A stretch of DNA of 16,116 bases from the NCBI GenBank assembly GCA_040397175.1, contig JBBAWM010000009.1, forward strand, positions 1 to 16,116. Reading direction: 5' to 3'. Positions 14,415 through 16,116 of this stretch are shown here, in pieces. The notes beneath the pieces are model-generated. The model did no database searches, had not been told where the DNA came from, and worked only from the letters and a program-made list of their open reading frames with translations. Source of the stretch: Candidatus Limnocylindrus sp. Lineage in GTDB: Bacteria > Chloroflexota > Limnocylindria > Limnocylindrales > Limnocylindraceae. The position numbers and the translations under genes were made by a program. Every line of letters begins with the position of its first letter. Position 1 is the stretch's first letter.

Positions 14415-14473
14415 TTACAGAAACGTTGCGCTAAATGTCGCGCTTCTGCCAGCTCTTATGCTATAATTGAAGT
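14414..14473 (+). promoter_or_regulatory. Repeated promoter P14
   Basis: GTTAC at 14414 (48-bp offset) and GTTGC at 14425. TGcTATAAT at 14462-14467. Confidence 0.75.
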
Positions 14474-14519
14474 AAGGCGTCCGACCGGGCGCCCGACCGC
14501 GACGAAAGGACCCCGCACC

Positions 14520-14798
14520 ATGAAGTCATTTATCCACAACCGCGACCTGCTCCAGCTCCTGCCGGTACTCCTCATCGGGTACACGTTCATCTACATCACC
14601 GCAGTGGCGTTCGGCAGCGGACCCATCCCGCCCCTGCACCTCTTCACCGACAACCTGGCCCTGCTCTTCTGGAGCTGGCTCACGGTGTTCGTCGCGAACA
14701 CCGTCCTGTACCGCATCGAGGTCCGCCAGGAGCGCCGCGAGCAAGCGGCGCGCCAGGCGCGCCTGGCCGCCCTACGAGCCGAGCGAGTCAGCCGATGA
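14520..14798 (+). CDS. Membrane protein (2 TM, basic C-terminal tail)
   Basis: Two hydrophobic stretches followed by an Arg-rich helix. CGACGAAAGGAC RBS. Confidence 0.78.
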   Translation: MKSFIHNRDLLQLLPVLLIGYTFIYITAVAFGSGPIPPLHLFTDNLALLFWSWLTVFVANTVLYRIEVRQERREQAARQARLAALRAERVSR

Positions 14799-15025
14799 GT
14801 AAGTTCTGGCACGGCTGCTACGAGTGCGGCGCCTCCTTCCAGGCCGAGGACATCGGCCGCTACACCTCGCGCCAGGTCTGCGACCAGTGCAAGGCCGAGC
14901 GCGCCGAGCGCTGGGCGAGGGTCGAGGCGAAGCGGGCCGAGCACGTCCACGAGTGGGCGCTGCGCGGAGACAACCGCGCCTGCGCCTGCGGCTCGACCCT
15001 GCTCGGGCCGGGAGACCTTGCGTGA
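14795..15025 (+). CDS. Small zinc-binding protein
   Basis: ATGA overlap. CYEC...CDQC and HVH...CAC. Confidence 0.7.
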   Translation: MSKFWHGCYECGASFQAEDIGRYTSRQVCDQCKAERAERWARVEAKRAEHVHEWALRGDNRACACGSTLLGPGDLA

Positions 15026-15225
15026 GGGGCATCGACCTCGCCCTGACCGTGACCGTCGGCGTGCTCACGTTCATCGCCGGCCGCCGGTCGGTCAAGCGCC
15101 AGTTCAAGCACATCGAGAACTCAAGCGGGCACACGCTCGTCATCCGCCTGGACGACGACGGCTGCCTGCACATCGAGGAGCCGGACGAGGAGTCCGCCCA
15201 CCCCAAGACAAAGGAACCCAAATGA
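15022..15225 (+). CDS. Small single-TM protein
   Basis: GTGA overlap. MRGIDLALTVTVGVLTFIAGRR... Confidence 0.65.
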   Translation: MRGIDLALTVTVGVLTFIAGRRSVKRQFKHIENSSGHTLVIRLDDDGCLHIEEPDEESAHPKTKEPK

Positions 15226-15416
15226 CCGCACGACAACTGGCCGAGGCGCTCGCCGTAGACGCCAGCACCAAGAAGTTTCGACCCAGCCTGCTCGACGTGA
15301 TGGACTGGGTCAACAGCGGAGACCTGCGCTTCGCCGGCTTCCTGCCGCTCAAGCGGGAGGACCCGCGCCTGGAGACCCTGCGGCAGATGCTGCTCCCGTC
15401 GGGAGAGCGCTCCTAG
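15222..15416 (+). CDS. Hypothetical protein
   Basis: ATGA overlap, AAAGGA RBS, 64 aa. Confidence 0.7.
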   Translation: MTARQLAEALAVDASTKKFRPSLLDVMDWVNSGDLRFAGFLPLKREDPRLETLRQMLLPSGERS

Positions 15417-15583
15417 TGGCCTGGGACGACGGTAGCGGAGTCAACGACTACGAGAAGAACGTCGACTTCACGTGCCGGTACTGTGAGATGGAGAACGTCG
15501 ACGTCACCGCCGGCGGTCTAGGCAGCACACTGTACGTGAGCTGCTCCTTCTGCAAGCAAGACCAAGAGATCTACCTAGACTGA
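15416..15583 (+). CDS. Small zinc-ribbon protein (55 aa, below ORF-track cutoff)
   Basis: TAGTG overlap. MAWDDGSGVNDYEKNVDFTCRYC...VSCSFCKQDQEIYLD*. Confidence 0.7.
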   Translation: MAWDDGSGVNDYEKNVDFTCRYCEMENVDVTAGGLGSTLYVSCSFCKQDQEIYLD

Positions 15584-15597
15584 CCCGGGAGAGTCAA

Positions 15598-15750
15598 ATG
15601 AACACACTAAACATCGCGCTGCTCGCGGTCCTGGCCGTGGCCCTGGTGGCCGGCATCGCCGTCGCGGCGGCAGCCATGCTCGCCTTCGTCTTCGCGCCGT
15701 TCGACGACAAGGGACTCGACAACTGGCAGCTGAGCGACGACGACTTCTAG
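15598..15750 (+). CDS. Small single-TM protein (50 aa)
   Basis: GGGAGAG SD, long hydrophobic helix, acidic tail. Confidence 0.7.
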   Translation: MNTLNIALLAVLAVALVAGIAVAAAAMLAFVFAPFDDKGLDNWQLSDDDF

Positions 15751-16116
15751 TGCCGCGGTTCCCGCCCGGCCTCGAGATACCGACGCCTGACACCTCCTCG
15801 TACCCGACGCGACCCCTGTGGACCGAGCTCGGCGGAACGACCCACGACCTGCCGCACGTGGACAGGGACCCGCTGTGGCGCACCCTGAACCCCGGCGTCG
15901 GCCTCTCGCCGTCCGGCGAGCTCGCCGTCGTGCTGCGGACCAGCAACTACTACCTCGACCCGTCGACCGGCGAGTACTTCGTCCTGGGCGGCGGACCGAT
16001 CCACAGCCGCGCCTACGTGGCCGGGCTGACCGAGGACCTGCGGCTCACGGAGACGAGGCCGGTCGACTGGGACCCCGCCGGTCCCGACATCCGACGCGGC
16101 GTCGAGGACTGCCGCC
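15750..16116 (+). CDS. GH130/GH43-like five-bladed beta-propeller protein (partial, runs off window)
   Basis: TAGTG overlap. TLNPGV...VLRTSNY...RGVEDCR resembles the NP.../ED.R motifs of beta-propeller glycosidases and phosphorylases. Confidence 0.6.
   Translation, partial: MPRFPPGLEIPTPDTSSYPTRPLWTELGGTTHDLPHVDRDPLWRTLNPGVGLSPSGELAVVLRTSNYYLDPSTGEYFVLGGGPIHSRAYVAGLTEDLRLTETRPVDWDPAGPDIRRGVEDCR

Noticed and set aside
558-14473. Repeated AT-rich elements as a CRISPR array or integron attC sites
   Set aside because: Copies are degenerate, irregularly spaced by whole genes and have promoter geometry. No cas or integrase gene, and no attC-like long imperfect palindrome.
14520-14798. Holin/endolysin lysis cassette with NlpC/P60
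   Set aside because: The membrane gene has its own early-type promoter, the peptidase has a signal peptide, and no family-specific holin evidence is visible.
1-16116. tRNA/rRNA genes, transposases, integrases
   Set aside because: No cloverleaf with T-loop consensus and no recombinase or transposase motifs were seen by eye.

Overview
GC-rich, almost entirely plus-strand, gene-dense window that reads like the early or host-takeover region of a large actinobacteriophage. This is inferred: there are no virion genes here. It holds about 35 mostly small ORFs. Recognisable products are a MoxR-type AAA+ ATPase with its HEXXH/VWA partner, a phage Dam-type adenine methyltransferase, a ClgR-like XRE regulator, two paralogous WGR-like proteins, DUF4241-, YubB/DUF1281- and YodL-like proteins, a secreted NlpC/P60 peptidase and a partial GH130-like beta-propeller. 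The most striking content is regulatory. (1) Fourteen AT-rich promoters have a perfect TATAAT, no canonical -35, and a GTTGC box (often an 11-bp-spaced tandem) 48 bp upstream. (2) Nine of them put an ATG at the predicted +1 (leaderless). (3) The leadered genes share an extended RBS (ACGAC-AAAGGAC), often preceded by a C(RACC)G-loop hairpin. (4) Two apparently intact genes missed by the ORF track start with ATC behind that RBS. (5) Three 3'-UTRs carry hairpins whose loops are antisense to that RBS or to SD sequences, suggesting an undescribed RNA-based translational control circuit.
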